DNA of 64,000 bases from Lysobacteraceae bacterium (lineage in GTDB: Bacteria > Bdellovibrionota > UBA1018 > JAGTJX01). A model generated the notes under the pieces. It ran no database searches. It saw nothing but the letters and a program-made list of their open reading frames with translations, and was not told where the DNA came from. Below, one piece after another: positions 47,631 through 57,773 of this stretch; positions within the stretch are counted from its first letter, which is position 1, and every line of letters starts with the position of its first letter. The stretch lies in contig JAGTJX010000001.1 in the NCBI GenBank assembly GCA_023657465.1, positions 109,090 through 173,089 of the forward strand, in the 5' to 3' direction. The position numbers and the translations under genes were made by a program.

Positions 47631-49631
47631 CTACAAACCCATGGCAGTACTTGCGATGGCATCCGGAGTGAGTCCGTATTTCTCATAAATAATTTTGTCA
47701 GGTGCAGATGTTCCATACTTATCTACGCCGATTGCAACACCTTCATCACCAATCCATTTTTCCCAACCCAGAGTCACTCCTGCTTCAATGGAGATTCTCT
47801 TCGTGAGTTTCTTGGGAAGAACCTTTTCGCGGTAATCATTCGACTGAATCGAGAACAATTCCCAAGATGGCATACTCACCACTCGGTAGTACTTGTTGGA
47901 TGCTTCTAACTTCTTCGCTCCCGCAAGAGCGATGGAGACTTCTGAACCTGTCGCCAGGATGATTCCTTCTGTCTTCGAAGCATCTTTCTCATAAAGCACA
48001 TAAGCACCACGAGCGGTACCTTCAGCAGAGCCCATCACAGACTGATCAAGCACTGTCGTCTTCTGTCTCGTGAGCACTAGAGCAGTAGGTCCGAACTTAC
48101 GAGACATCGCTACACGCCACGCGTGAGTCGTCTCGTTTGGATCTGCAGGTCTCAGGGTTACTAATCCCGGCATCGACCTGAGCGAAAGCAGATGCTCCAC
48201 TGGTTGATGTGTGGGGCCATCCTCTCCAAGACCAATTGAATCGTGAGTAAACACAAACACTACAGGCAAGTGATTCATCGCTGCTAATCTCAGTGCGGGC
48301 CTCATGTAATCTGCAAAACAGAAGAACGTCGCAGTGAATGATCTCAATCCACCATGATAGGCAATTCCGTTTGCGATCGATCCCATCGCATGCTCACGTA
48401 CACCGTAGTGAATGTTTCTACCTTCACCAGTAAGACCATTGAATGAACCGCCTTCAATGATTTTTGTACTCGTAGATACTGAAAGATCTGCGTCTCCACC
48501 GAAAAATATCGGAATCTTCTTAGCAATTGCATTGAGAACTTTACCAGAGGCTGCTCTTGTCGCTTGATCTTCACCAGGCTTAAACTTCGGAATTTCAGAA
48601 TCCCAACCATGAGGAAACTTACCAGCCAGAGCATCATCAAGGGACTTCGCTAACTCTGGATACTTAGATTTGTATCCAGAATAGAGCTCATTCCATCGAT
48701 CTTCTTCAGCAGCTGCAGCTTCAATACACTCAGAAAATGTTTTTTTAGCCGCATCAGATACTTCGAAGCTCAGATCACTATTAAGACCTAATGCTTTCTT
48801 CGTGAGCGCTAACTCGTCCATGCCAAGAGGTGATCCATGAACGCCTGAAGTTCCTTTTTTGTTTGGAGATCCGAATCCAATCGTCGTCTTCACAATGATG
48901 AGTGAAGGTTTCTCGATCTCAGACTTTGCATTTACAATCGCTTTTGAAATTGCGGAATAATCCGTGTCACCGTTTTTAACGATCTCGACATGCCATCCAT
49001 AGGATTCATAGCGCTTGGCTACGTTCTCAGTAGAGAATGCAAGAGTAGTTGGACCATCAAGCGTAATGTCGTTTGCATCATAGAGGTAGATGAGCTTTCC
49101 TAATTTCAAATGTCCCGCAAGTGATGCAGCCTCAGCACTCACGCCTTCCATGAGATCTCCATCAGACACAAGTGCGTAAGTGTGATGGTCGATGATCTCA
49201 AAATTAGGTCGATTAAATAAGTTTGCGAGTTTTCTCTCCGCGATTGCCATTCCTACAGCGTTTGCAGCGCCTTGGCCTAGAGGACCCGTCGTCGCTTCCA
49301 CACCAGCTGTGTGGCCGAACTCTGGATGACCTGGAGTCTTTGATCCCCATTGACGGAAGTTTTTCACTTCTTCCAGTGGAAGATCATAACCAAACAAGTG
49401 AAGCAAACTATAGAGAAGCATGCTTCCGTGGCCAGCAGAGAGAATGAATCTGTCTCGGTCGAGCCACTGAGGATTCTTAGGATTGTGTTTAAGAAACTGA
49501 CTCCAGAGAACATACGCCATCGGTGCTGCTCCTAGAGGCAGACCCGGGTGACCGCTGTCTGCTTTCTGAATGGCATCGATTGCAAGTCCACGAATGGTAT
49601 TGATCGCTAGATCATCTTTAGAGAGGGTCAT
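47631..49631 (-). CDS. tkt: Transketolase
   Basis: [32 protein letters not shown]. Start moved to the ATG at 49631 ([20 protein letters not shown]). Confidence 0.95.
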   Translation of the reverse strand: MTLSKDDLAINTIRGLAIDAIQKADSGHPGLPLGAAPMAYVLWSQFLKHNPKNPQWLDRDRFILSAGHGSMLLYSLLHLFGYDLPLEEVKNFRQWGSKTPGHPEFGHTAGVEATTGPLGQGAANAVGMAIAERKLANLFNRPNFEIIDHHTYALVSDGDLMEGVSAEAASLAGHLKLGKLIYLYDANDITLDGPTTLAFSTENVAKRYESYGWHVEIVKNGDTDYSAISKAIVNAKSEIEKPSLIIVKTTIGFGSPNKKGTSGVHGSPLGMDELALTKKALGLNSDLSFEVSDAAKKTFSECIEAAAAEEDRWNELYSGYKSKYPELAKSLDDALAGKFPHGWDSEIPKFKPGEDQATRAASGKVLNAIAKKIPIFFGGDADLSVSTSTKIIEGGSFNGLTGEGRNIHYGVREHAMGSIANGIAYHGGLRSFTATFFCFADYMRPALRLAAMNHLPVVFVFTHDSIGLGEDGPTHQPVEHLLSLRSMPGLVTLRPADPNETTHAWRVAMSRKFGPTALVLTRQKTTVLDQSVMGSAEGTARGAYVLYEKDASKTEGIILATGSEVSIALAGAKKLEASNKYYRVVSMPSWELFSIQSNDYREKVLPKKLTKRISIEAGVTLGWEKWIGDEGVAIGVDKYGTSAPDKIIYEKYGLTPDAIASTAMGL

Positions 49632-49754
49632 CGCTGATTGTTTTACCGTTCTCGTCACATTCCAAAAAGAAAGAACTGAGCCTATGGACCAAAAAAACAA
49701 TGCCGCTCCGCAGCCTAGTAGACTTTGCTCGGCTTTTACCCGAGTATGGGCTCT

Positions 49755-51134
49755 ATGAACATCTTGATGACAGGCGCCACAGGACTAATCGGCAAAAAAC
49801 TAGGGATCGAACTCGTCCGCAATGGACACAAAATCAAAGCCCTCGTACGAAACATCGAGCACGCGAAACTTGAACTCCCATTCCCAGCAGAACTCATCCT
49901 CTGGGACTCCTCAAAGACTCTCGATCCACAAACGTTTGATTCGATCGACTCTGTGATCAACCTCGCCGGAGAACCTGTCTCAGGAGCCAGATGGAGCAAG
50001 AAGCGCAAACAAGCAATCTACGACTCAAGAATCGTAGGAACAAAAAATCTCGTTTCCTCTCTCATATCATCAGGAAAAAAAATCAAATCCTTCATCAGCA
50101 CTTCTGCGATTGGTTATTATGGTGATTCAGGCGATCAACCTCTCAGAGAAACTGCATCCGCTGGACAAGGTTTCCTCTCTCAAGTTTGCTTTGATTGGGA
50201 GAACAGCGTGAAGCCTCTGCGTGATGTCACTCGCTCATGTGTAATTCGAATCGGTGTCGTCCTCACACCAGATGGTGGCGCTCTTGGTGAGCTCATTCCG
50301 CTTTATAAGAATGGCTTTGGCGGAGTCATCGGATCTGGAAATCAATGGATGAGCTGGATTCACGTCGACGATCTCCTCAGTGTATTCGTTGAAGCAGTAG
50401 GGAATGAATCTTACCTAGGTGCAATCAATGCGGTTTCACCTCAAGCAGCAAGAAACAGAGACTTCAGTCACACTCTCGCCAAGTCCATGGGTGTGCGTGA
50501 TTGGTTACCGATTCCAAAGCAAGCATTACAGCTCAGGCTGGGAGAACAGTCACAAATTGTTCTGGAATCACTCAATGTGTTTCCAGAAGCATTGAGGAAA
50601 CTTAAGTTTAACTTCAATTATCCCAAGCTTGACCTAGCTCTCAATCACCTCATTGCACCCTTGAAGCACCCAAAAACAGGGAAGATCGTCAATACTCTCA
50701 CTACTTATCAATGGGTTCCTAAGCCACTTCCTGAAGTGTTTGAGTTTTTCTCTTTAGCCAAGAACCTAGAGACTCTCACACCAGACTTTTTGAATTTCAA
50801 AATCACAAAAGAATCTTCAGGCCCAATGAAAGCTGGAAAACTCATCGAGTACGATTTAAAACTTCATGGCATTCCCATTCACTGGGAGACTGAAATTGCA
50901 GAATGGGTTGATGGCAAATCGTTCGTCGATAATCAACTGAAGGGCCCCTACAAACTCTGGTATCACCTTCATGAGTTTAGCTCATTAGGCAACGGAACTC
51001 TCATGAAGGATCATGTCAGATTTCAACTTCCCATTCACTTCATCAGTGATGCAATTGCTGGATGGAAGGTCAAAGATGATGTGAATAAGATTTTTGATTA
51101 CAGGATGAAAACTGTGAATAAACTATTCGGCTAA
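49755..51134 (+). CDS. YfcH/TIGR01777-type NAD-dependent epimerase-family protein (DUF1731) fused to a C-terminal SRPBCC domain
   Basis: [13 protein letters not shown] Rossmann start; DUF1731-like [27 protein letters not shown]; C-terminal [19 protein letters not shown] pattern. Confidence 0.7.
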   Translation: MNILMTGATGLIGKKLGIELVRNGHKIKALVRNIEHAKLELPFPAELILWDSSKTLDPQTFDSIDSVINLAGEPVSGARWSKKRKQAIYDSRIVGTKNLVSSLISSGKKIKSFISTSAIGYYGDSGDQPLRETASAGQGFLSQVCFDWENSVKPLRDVTRSCVIRIGVVLTPDGGALGELIPLYKNGFGGVIGSGNQWMSWIHVDDLLSVFVEAVGNESYLGAINAVSPQAARNRDFSHTLAKSMGVRDWLPIPKQALQLRLGEQSQIVLESLNVFPEALRKLKFNFNYPKLDLALNHLIAPLKHPKTGKIVNTLTTYQWVPKPLPEVFEFFSLAKNLETLTPDFLNFKITKESSGPMKAGKLIEYDLKLHGIPIHWETEIAEWVDGKSFVDNQLKGPYKLWYHLHEFSSLGNGTLMKDHVRFQLPIHFISDAIAGWKVKDDVNKIFDYRMKTVNKLFG

Positions 51135-52823
51135 GGATTGTGCTGCGATTCCTGCACGGATTGCAGCGTCATGGTCTGATTCTTTTTCTCCTGGCCTGAT
51201 CCAAGTCACACCATTTTCAAAAGCTAGTTTTTCCATTTCTTTTAATGCTTCAGCGTCGACGAATGTTTTCCATGCAGTGAGCACGACTCGAGCACCATTA
51301 CTGATCGCGAATTTCATTGATCGCACGAGATGATCCGAACTCGTCACTCCCCAAGGATTGAATGCTTTGATTGCCATTATCTTTCCGTTTTGCATTTGTG
51401 ATAGAGCTGCGAGCGAAACATCGGTGCCATGATAATGATCATCAAAGGGACGCGAGTCTCCAGAGATGAAGTCCCATCCATAGCGTGAGTCGTTCTTTAG
51501 AGGTGATATCCAGAGATGGTTTTCAAGTTGTTTCTTATTATAGTTCAGCCCTGTATCGATGACTGCAACAAGTGGCTCTCCATTATAGATTGTTTGCTTG
51601 GACTTAAGTTTCTGGTCGTATTCGAAGTATCTCAAAATTCTATATGGCAGAGTGAAGAATCTTTTCACTAACGTCCATAAACTAGGTCGATCTTCGTTAT
51701 CAAGCGAAGGATCTCCCAGTTTTGTCTTCGGGATGTTTTGATCTGGGAGATTCACTTCAGCATTTGCTGTTTTCTGCATCTGAGCGAGTGATGCAACTTG
51801 TGAAAGTGCCTCAGGACTCCATTCAGAGAGAAGCATGTTTCTCTGTACACTTTTTGGGTCACCTGATTTTAGAATACATATGACTCCACTTGAAACTGAC
51901 TTTTCTACTTCAAACACATGGGAGAGATCTGAGTTTGTGTATTGAACTCCTTTTTGAATTTGAGAATGTAGTCCTGTACCCACAAGATATCGAGTTCCGC
52001 GAGAAGTGTTTACAATTTCATTCAACATGCCTGTAAGCGGCATAGAATCTAGCATTTTAGTGATTTCAATCTGAGATTGAGTGACAAGTTCATTGAATAT
52101 TTTCAACCACGCGTCTCGTCTGGCAACCGAGAGACCACCATAATAACCCAAGTAACCTCCTACAACGTCGTAGAAATATCCTTTGGCTTTGATATCCAGT
52201 GTACGATTGATCGCCTCTCCCCGCGATGGAGAAGCAAAAGTAAGATCTAACTTCATTCTAGTTCTGTAAGTTGCATACTTCACTTTTAAGAATGCAAAGA
52301 TCACATCTAAGCTTATTCCTTCGCCAAGATCCAATCCCGATAGTGATCCAGTCTCTGTATCTCCTCGGGGTGCAAATGACTCATAGAAGTATTGATAAGC
52401 TTGAGTATTAAGCTTGACCGGAAAGTCGTTTTTGATTCCTAGTTTTTCATTCTTCTCATCAAAACCATAAAACATCCTGCTTCCACGTGATCCAGTTACG
52501 AAGCTCATAGCCTTAAGACCTACTTGCATCTGTGCTGATGGTATCACAGGACCATTCCAAACGAACTCGTCTGTATCTCCAGTTTGCTTTTCTGCGATTT
52601 GATTTAACACTACAAACTGATCTGTCTTAATGAGTCCCGAAACCAATCTCAGATAATAATCCTGTCCGAAGTCTTTGATCTGATAATCAGGGAGTTCTAT
52701 CTCAACTGATTGAGGCTCTGTGATTTCTATAATCTTTTTTCCCCTAAGTGGAATAGGAGGAGAAGCCACTGGCTTCTTCCCAGCACCAAAAGACGAAAGT
52801 GAAATCAATAAGATCGCTATCAT
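51123..52823 (-). CDS. Secreted protein: N-terminal domain paralogous to the upstream ORF (CsgG-like?) fused to a truncated subtilase (S8) domain lacking the Ser block
   Basis: Signal peptide present. VAVIDTGLN (Asp block) and DHYHGTDVS (His block) are present. The ORF ends after ENGVTWIRPG with no GTSxAxP block. Confidence 0.55.
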   Translation of the reverse strand: MIAILLISLSSFGAGKKPVASPPIPLRGKKIIEITEPQSVEIELPDYQIKDFGQDYYLRLVSGLIKTDQFVVLNQIAEKQTGDTDEFVWNGPVIPSAQMQVGLKAMSFVTGSRGSRMFYGFDEKNEKLGIKNDFPVKLNTQAYQYFYESFAPRGDTETGSLSGLDLGEGISLDVIFAFLKVKYATYRTRMKLDLTFASPSRGEAINRTLDIKAKGYFYDVVGGYLGYYGGLSVARRDAWLKIFNELVTQSQIEITKMLDSMPLTGMLNEIVNTSRGTRYLVGTGLHSQIQKGVQYTNSDLSHVFEVEKSVSSGVICILKSGDPKSVQRNMLLSEWSPEALSQVASLAQMQKTANAEVNLPDQNIPKTKLGDPSLDNEDRPSLWTLVKRFFTLPYRILRYFEYDQKLKSKQTIYNGEPLVAVIDTGLNYNKKQLENHLWISPLKNDSRYGWDFISGDSRPFDDHYHGTDVSLAALSQMQNGKIMAIKAFNPWGVTSSDHLVRSMKFAISNGARVVLTAWKTFVDAEALKEMEKLAFENGVTWIRPGEKESDHDAAIRAGIAAQSLAE

Positions 52824-53776
52824 TATCTTGTTTTAGGCGGCTTAACCATAACCACATCTCCAACTTCAATGGCTCGTGGAGAGAGCACTTGCTCTACTTG
52901 TGCAATGGAAGAAACCGTATCTACTTGAACTGTTCGAATGTACGCAACAGATTGGTAAACTCTGCATGATCCACCTGAACTCACAGGTGTGTACACAACT
53001 AAATCCTGATTAGGCTCTATGAGCTCTCGCGCCCCAACATCAATGATCGCGCTTCCATCAGAATGACTGACGGAGACAACTGTCGCTTGCCATGCGAGGA
53101 CTGAAGTTCGTGGAGATGCTGCTAGTCCAGCGACACCTTTGTCCATCATCTTACGAATCATTCCACCCAGTGCCGTGTTGTAGATGAGGTTAGGTCCGAT
53201 CTTGATCTGGCCGAGATTGATTCCGAAACTAAGCTCTGTCCCTAGCACTGTGTGGTTCACAGTAGACGCTGCTACGGCGTAACAATGACCTTGGTCACAT
53301 TGCCAGACACTGAAGTCCATTGCGATGGTTCCGCCTTTGACTTTGACCTCTCCGCCGACGTTCGCAGATTGAGAGATAGATCCTTTAGGGCTGTAACCCA
53401 CTTTGATACCAAGTTCTGCGATGTTGAGCTCAAGCGTAGTAATTGCAGCTCTGACTTCGACATGTGAGTCACAGGATGTTTCTGGAGAACCTAAGCTTGG
53501 GGCTAATCTAGAATTGTTCGTAAGCGAAGTCACAAACATCGTATCTAGATCCGCAGTGAGATCCATGGATGATCCGTTGGGCAAATCAAATGGCTTGGTG
53601 CCCACTGAGTGCACTACGACTTTTCTTATTGGGTTGGCTACTAATCCAGACTGCGATCCATTTAGAGCTTCTGATCTATCAACGCTAGATTTCGAAGGCG
53701 CTTTCCCTGCGGCAATTCCTAATTCTGCAACCAGGATCAGTGTCCCTATACATAGGATACTGATTAACTGATTCAT
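52823..53776 (-). CDS. Secreted protein, possibly CsgG/HfaB-like
   Basis: Signal peptide present. DLDTMFVTSLTNNSRL and the later Gly-rich strand pattern loosely recall the CsgG family. It overlaps the downstream gene by 1 nt. Confidence 0.35.
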   Translation of the reverse strand: MNQLISILCIGTLILVAELGIAAGKAPSKSSVDRSEALNGSQSGLVANPIRKVVVHSVGTKPFDLPNGSSMDLTADLDTMFVTSLTNNSRLAPSLGSPETSCDSHVEVRAAITTLELNIAELGIKVGYSPKGSISQSANVGGEVKVKGGTIAMDFSVWQCDQGHCYAVAASTVNHTVLGTELSFGINLGQIKIGPNLIYNTALGGMIRKMMDKGVAGLAASPRTSVLAWQATVVSVSHSDGSAIIDVGARELIEPNQDLVVYTPVSSGGSCRVYQSVAYIRTVQVDTVSSIAQVEQVLSPRAIEVGDVVMVKPPKTR

Positions 53777-53828
53777 TTTTTTACTTCCTTAGTAGTCCAT
53801 CGGGGTGAATGCCGTTCAGCTTAAGGAA

Positions 53829-54581
53829 TTAAGAAATTCCGATGATGTAATGCGGATTCCGGAGGTCTTCTTTGTTATAGACGAGAGGAGATTGTCTGGA
53901 TTTTGACACCCCCGAATACCTGTAGATTGCATCACCTGCAGCCGTGTCCCATTCACTCGTCGCAGTGAATCTTGGATGAATGTGTGCCGCACCTTCTGCA
54001 ACCAGACAGAATTTGATCGAGCTTCCAATTTCAATTCGCTCTTTGATTTTAAATGAACTGAGATAGTGATCCATGTCTGATGACTTATGGGACTTACTCT
54101 CTACAACGATGAGTGGTTGATCAAGGTCAACGGGAGTGGATGTGATTTTTTTTGGTTCTTTTTCACTTTTGCGATCCCACTTGAACGACCCACCTTCACG
54201 ACTTCCGTAATAGAGAACGTCTGTAGCAGGAATGTAAACGACTCCTAAGATAGGAACGCCGTTTTCAATCAGTGCGATATTCACAGTGAAGTCATCTCCG
54301 CCTGAGATGAACTCTTTGGTTCCATCTAGGGGATCGACTAACCAGAACTGTGACCAGTCCTTCCTTACGGAATATTCTGGGATCGTGGACTCTTCAGAAA
54401 TAATCGGAATATTAGGGGTGAGTTTCTTCAAAGCCTTATCAATGATGTCGTTGGCAGTTTGATCAGCGATCGTGAGCGGAGATTGATCGGCCTTCAATTG
54501 TATCTGCAAATCCATACCACCGCGAAACCGCAAAATAGACTGCCCTGCAAATGTGGCAGCTTCGATGAGTTTAGGTAGCAT
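53829..54581 (-). CDS. cysQ: 3'(2'),5'-bisphosphate nucleotidase (inositol monophosphatase family)
   Basis: WLVDPLDGTKEF and EES motifs. Start placed at the internal Met (MLPKLIEAATFAG), because the longer ORF to 54683 overlaps the upstream zinc-ribbon gene. Confidence 0.8.
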   Translation of the reverse strand: MLPKLIEAATFAGQSILRFRGGMDLQIQLKADQSPLTIADQTANDIIDKALKKLTPNIPIISEESTIPEYSVRKDWSQFWLVDPLDGTKEFISGGDDFTVNIALIENGVPILGVVYIPATDVLYYGSREGGSFKWDRKSEKEPKKITSTPVDLDQPLIVVESKSHKSSDMDHYLSSFKIKERIEIGSSIKFCLVAEGAAHIHPRFTATSEWDTAAGDAIYRYSGVSKSRQSPLVYNKEDLRNPHYIIGIS

Positions 54582-54858
54582 CAGATGGAGTTTCGCTAGA
54601 AGTGCTAGTGCCGCAACAACCGCCGGAGTGTGAATGTTCCTCAGCTGCATGAGTCTGAATGTCGTGCGAGAGATGACAGCCATGAAACATCGTGCTCTCT
54701 CTTAAGTCGCCTTGACCACCGATTCTAAACTTTGGAACCAATCTATCCGTATGGGCGTTGCCACATTCAGGGCATTCCGCTGTCTTGGTTTCTGAAGACG
54801 AAACCAGGGTTTCAAACTTGAATGAGCACTGTTTACAGTAAAAATCGTAGAGAGGCAT
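54571..54858 (-). CDS. FmdB-family zinc-ribbon protein
   Basis: MPLYDFYCKQCSFKFE...CPECG (CxxC x2) with a His/Cys/Gly-rich tail. Start set to Met28 of the ORF. Confidence 0.7.
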   Translation of the reverse strand: MPLYDFYCKQCSFKFETLVSSSETKTAECPECGNAHTDRLVPKFRIGGQGDLRESTMFHGCHLSHDIQTHAAEEHSHSGGCCGTSTSSETPSDAT

Positions 54859-54970
54859 ACCTAAGATCATTTCGGACACATGGGGTTTTATCTTGAGAGT
54901 CAGAATTTTGACTAATAGCGCACCTAGCCACAGTTCCATTCTTCTCTATTTATGTTAAGTACAAACACAA

Positions 54971-55047
54971 GACGCTGTAGCTCAGTTGGATAGAGCAACG
55001 GATTTCTAATCCGTTGGTCGCAGGTTCGAGTCCTGCCAGCGTCGCCA
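54971..55047 (+). tRNA. tRNA-Arg (anticodon UCU), CCA encoded
   Basis: GACGCTGTAGCTCAGTTGGATAGAGCAACGGATTTCTAATCCGTTGGTCGCAGGTTCGAGTCCTGCCAGCGTCGCCA. Acceptor GACGCTG/CAGCGTC. Confidence 0.93.
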
Positions 55048-55085
55048 TTTTTTAAGCTTTCCTGAGCAAATTCCGAAAAGTAGAT

Positions 55086-56675
55086 ATGAAAAAGATAGTT
55101 CTAGCCCTATCCCTCTTTGCTTTATCGATTCATCCCACTCATGCTCAGCTTTCAAAAGATTGCATTGAAACAACCGATTCCAAGAATTCGCCAAAGGGAA
55201 TCCGCACCTTCCTCTGTAAAGTTACAACATCCACGAGCTCTACCCCTGTCGAAGAGATGAAAACATTGAAAACCTTACTTCAAGAGAAGAAGGAAGAAGT
55301 TGCTAGTTACGTGACTAGCTACGTCTACTCAAATACTGTCTCAGCAATCAAAGAATCTGAAGGAAAGCATCTTGAAACATTTGAATCCAAATCAGGTTCA
55401 TTACTACTCGAAGATATCTCCCATGAAGTGAACAAGAAGTCAGATGCGAAGTTCAATCATTATGAATTCTCATTTAAGGTCGATGAGTCAATTGTCCGTA
55501 AAAAAATGGACCAACTCGTGAACTCAATTACCGCCGAGTATGCTTCAACTGTTTTGCAGAAACTTCAAAACCAAGTTGCATCGTGTAATCAGCAAGCGGC
55601 GACCGATCCATCAAACTTTGATGCATGTAAATTACAACATCAAATCGCATTTCAAAAAAACGATGCTTTCATGAAATCGAATTATGACAAAATGGCTATT
55701 GTGGCTCAGGCTCTAGACCGTGCCCAATCAAAGTTAATCCAAGCTTCAGAAGACTTTAAAAAAAGGCGACTTATTGGTAACGACGAAAAAATAGTAGTGG
55801 GCGGGAAAACAACTTCAATGGCAAACCTGATTGCTTTCGTGAGACATGTTGAAGGATTACTTCTTAATGCGAAAACAGATCTCGATCGCACAACTATAAA
55901 AAAACTTCACAATCTAGAAGAAACAACTCCTTATGGTCTTAATTACAAAAATGCAAAAGATGCGCTGTTTGATTGGTCTGTAAGCTATTTTAGGAAGCTC
56001 AATGATGTAGGAATGAATTTTGATACGGTCTTTCTCTACATCAAAGGCATGGATCATCAGCATTCGCTACAAAGTGACGTTGATTTCAACAAAGCTTGTA
56101 TCTGTGTTCCTGTAGAGTATCCCCAAGGAATTAAAGTACGCGCTAAACACAGAAAACAACTGTCGATCTGGAACAAAGAGAAAAGTAACTTTGATTGGAC
56201 TCTTGGAATGGCCTGTAATCACCTCATCGCTCCTCACAAGACATTCGATCCTTGGCTATGGATAAGAAACAATAACGTCGAAATTTATGACGAAGCTACA
56301 GTGAATTATATCCCTGTTGATGGTGCAAAAAGGTTGAAAGTCTTCATGGATCAAGTAGGACATCCATTAGATTCTTGTGCACAAAACAATCCAGACTTCG
56401 CTACTCAAAACTCTGTTCTCTACGATCTTGAAAACTCGTCTGATCTAGGAGGCTTCCGTGTGAATAAGGACACCTTTGATGAGCATTACAGAAAAATATT
56501 TCAACAGTTTCAAGAGTCAAAAAAATATGGAACTAAAAAACCCTCACTAGACAAATATAGGAAAAAAGAAAAGTTTGACGAAGCCTTTGTACTTTATACG
56601 AATCAATTTAGAGACTTCTTAAAGTATGAATACAAAAATAAATTGAAGACGAAAGAATATGTCGACTGTCAGTAG
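55086..56675 (+). CDS. Large hypothetical secreted protein (529 aa)
   Basis: Signal peptide ending THAQ; Lys/Asn/Asp-rich; visibly AT-richer than its neighbours; no recognised motif. Confidence 0.55.
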   Translation: MKKIVLALSLFALSIHPTHAQLSKDCIETTDSKNSPKGIRTFLCKVTTSTSSTPVEEMKTLKTLLQEKKEEVASYVTSYVYSNTVSAIKESEGKHLETFESKSGSLLLEDISHEVNKKSDAKFNHYEFSFKVDESIVRKKMDQLVNSITAEYASTVLQKLQNQVASCNQQAATDPSNFDACKLQHQIAFQKNDAFMKSNYDKMAIVAQALDRAQSKLIQASEDFKKRRLIGNDEKIVVGGKTTSMANLIAFVRHVEGLLLNAKTDLDRTTIKKLHNLEETTPYGLNYKNAKDALFDWSVSYFRKLNDVGMNFDTVFLYIKGMDHQHSLQSDVDFNKACICVPVEYPQGIKVRAKHRKQLSIWNKEKSNFDWTLGMACNHLIAPHKTFDPWLWIRNNNVEIYDEATVNYIPVDGAKRLKVFMDQVGHPLDSCAQNNPDFATQNSVLYDLENSSDLGGFRVNKDTFDEHYRKIFQQFQESKKYGTKKPSLDKYRKKEKFDEAFVLYTNQFRDFLKYEYKNKLKTKEYVDCQ

Positions 56676-56762
56676 CCCCTTTAGCTTGACCTCCGTCAAA
56701 ATCATGAGACTATTTCAACACAAGCAACTAACTAACTAACTGAACCTTTGAAAGGGGATCTC

Positions 56763-57188
56763 ATGATTGCTGCAATTTGGAACCGAGTGAATACGAAACG
56801 TTTTTGGCCAACAGCAGGTGCTGTGTTTGCCTGGATTTTTTTATCTGACTTCATCATCCACAAACTCTGGTTGAAGAGTGCATACCAAAAAACCGCAAGT
56901 CTCTGGCGTCCTGAAGCTGAAATGGGTCAGTACATGAGCTGGATGATGAGCGGAGAGTTTCTGACTGCATTCTTCCTCTCATTCATTTTTACCAAAGGTT
57001 ACGAAGGTAAGGGCTGGCAAGAAGGCGCTCGCTACGGAGCATTCATGGGACTCTTCAGCGTTTCTCAAATGTGCATGAACTACGCAGTGACCCCACTTCC
57101 ATCGACACTCTTCTGGTCATGGGTAGGTGCAGGTATGTTCCAAGCCATCATGGCAGGTGTAATTGCCTCATGGGTTTACAAGAAATAG
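56763..57188 (+). CDS. Small membrane protein (DUF1761-like?)
   Basis: Four hydrophobic segments. Start set to the ATG at 56763, downstream of AAAGGGGA. Confidence 0.45.
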   Translation: MIAAIWNRVNTKRFWPTAGAVFAWIFLSDFIIHKLWLKSAYQKTASLWRPEAEMGQYMSWMMSGEFLTAFFLSFIFTKGYEGKGWQEGARYGAFMGLFSVSQMCMNYAVTPLPSTLFWSWVGAGMFQAIMAGVIASWVYKK

Positions 57189-57215
57189 ATTAAGAGTAAT
57201 TTAGTCAACTTATAG

Positions 57216-57252
57216 AACCCGGGTTTGCTGCTAAGCGAATTCGGGTTTTTTA
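57216..57252 (+). terminator. Rho-independent terminator
   Basis: AACCCG (57216-57221) pairs with CGGGTT (57242-47) and is followed by a T-run. Confidence 0.55.
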
Positions 57253-57320
57253 TTGGTCTTGCGTCTCGCACCTAGTCAGGATATTTTCCTCAAAATTAAT
57301 CAAATTCAGAGGAAATAATT

Positions 57321-57773
57321 ATGGCAGCTAAAAAATCGTCAGCAACTAAGGGCAACAAAAAAGTTCTCGAAATCTTAAACCAAATTTTCCAAGCAGAGAT
57401 GGCAGGAATCATCCGCTACATGCACTACTCCTTCATGATCATGGGATACCACCGCATTCCAATCCAAGCTTGGTTCCGCGCTCAAGCCAATGAATCAATG
57501 GCACATGCAACAATCATTGGAGAAAAAATAACTTCTCTCGGTGGACATCCTCCGATGGTCGCAATGAAAATCGAAGAAAGCGACGATCACGCTGTAAATA
57601 AAATTTTAGAAGAAAGCCTTGAGTTTGAATCTGAAACCCTTGAGCTCTACAAGCAACTTGCCAAATCTGCTGGTAAAGACATTGCTCTTGAAGAAATGGC
57701 TCGTGAGTTTGTAAGAACTGAAACCGAGCATTGTGAAGAAGTTGCAAAAATGCTTCTTCACGTTACCTCATGA
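57321..57773 (+). CDS. Ferritin-like superfamily protein (bacterioferritin/Dps-like four-helix bundle)
   Basis: Glu/His-containing helix motifs (QAEMAG, ANESMAHA, LEFESE, RTETEHCEE). It has an ATGA overlap with the downstream ABC ATPase. Confidence 0.6.
   Translation: MAAKKSSATKGNKKVLEILNQIFQAEMAGIIRYMHYSFMIMGYHRIPIQAWFRAQANESMAHATIIGEKITSLGGHPPMVAMKIEESDDHAVNKILEESLEFESETLELYKQLAKSAGKDIALEEMAREFVRTETEHCEEVAKMLLHVTS

Noticed and set aside
54540-54841. Hand translation of the printed sequence disagreed with the ORF-track proteins by one nucleotide at two line boundaries. There is an apparent extra C at 54540/54541 in cysQ, and one A too few at about 54841 in the zinc-ribbon gene.
   Set aside because: The two discrepancies cancel exactly and both fall at line breaks, and the track ORFs are continuous. 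I treat this as a reading or formatting artefact, not a biological frameshift. My own coordinates inside 54541-54840 could be off by 1.
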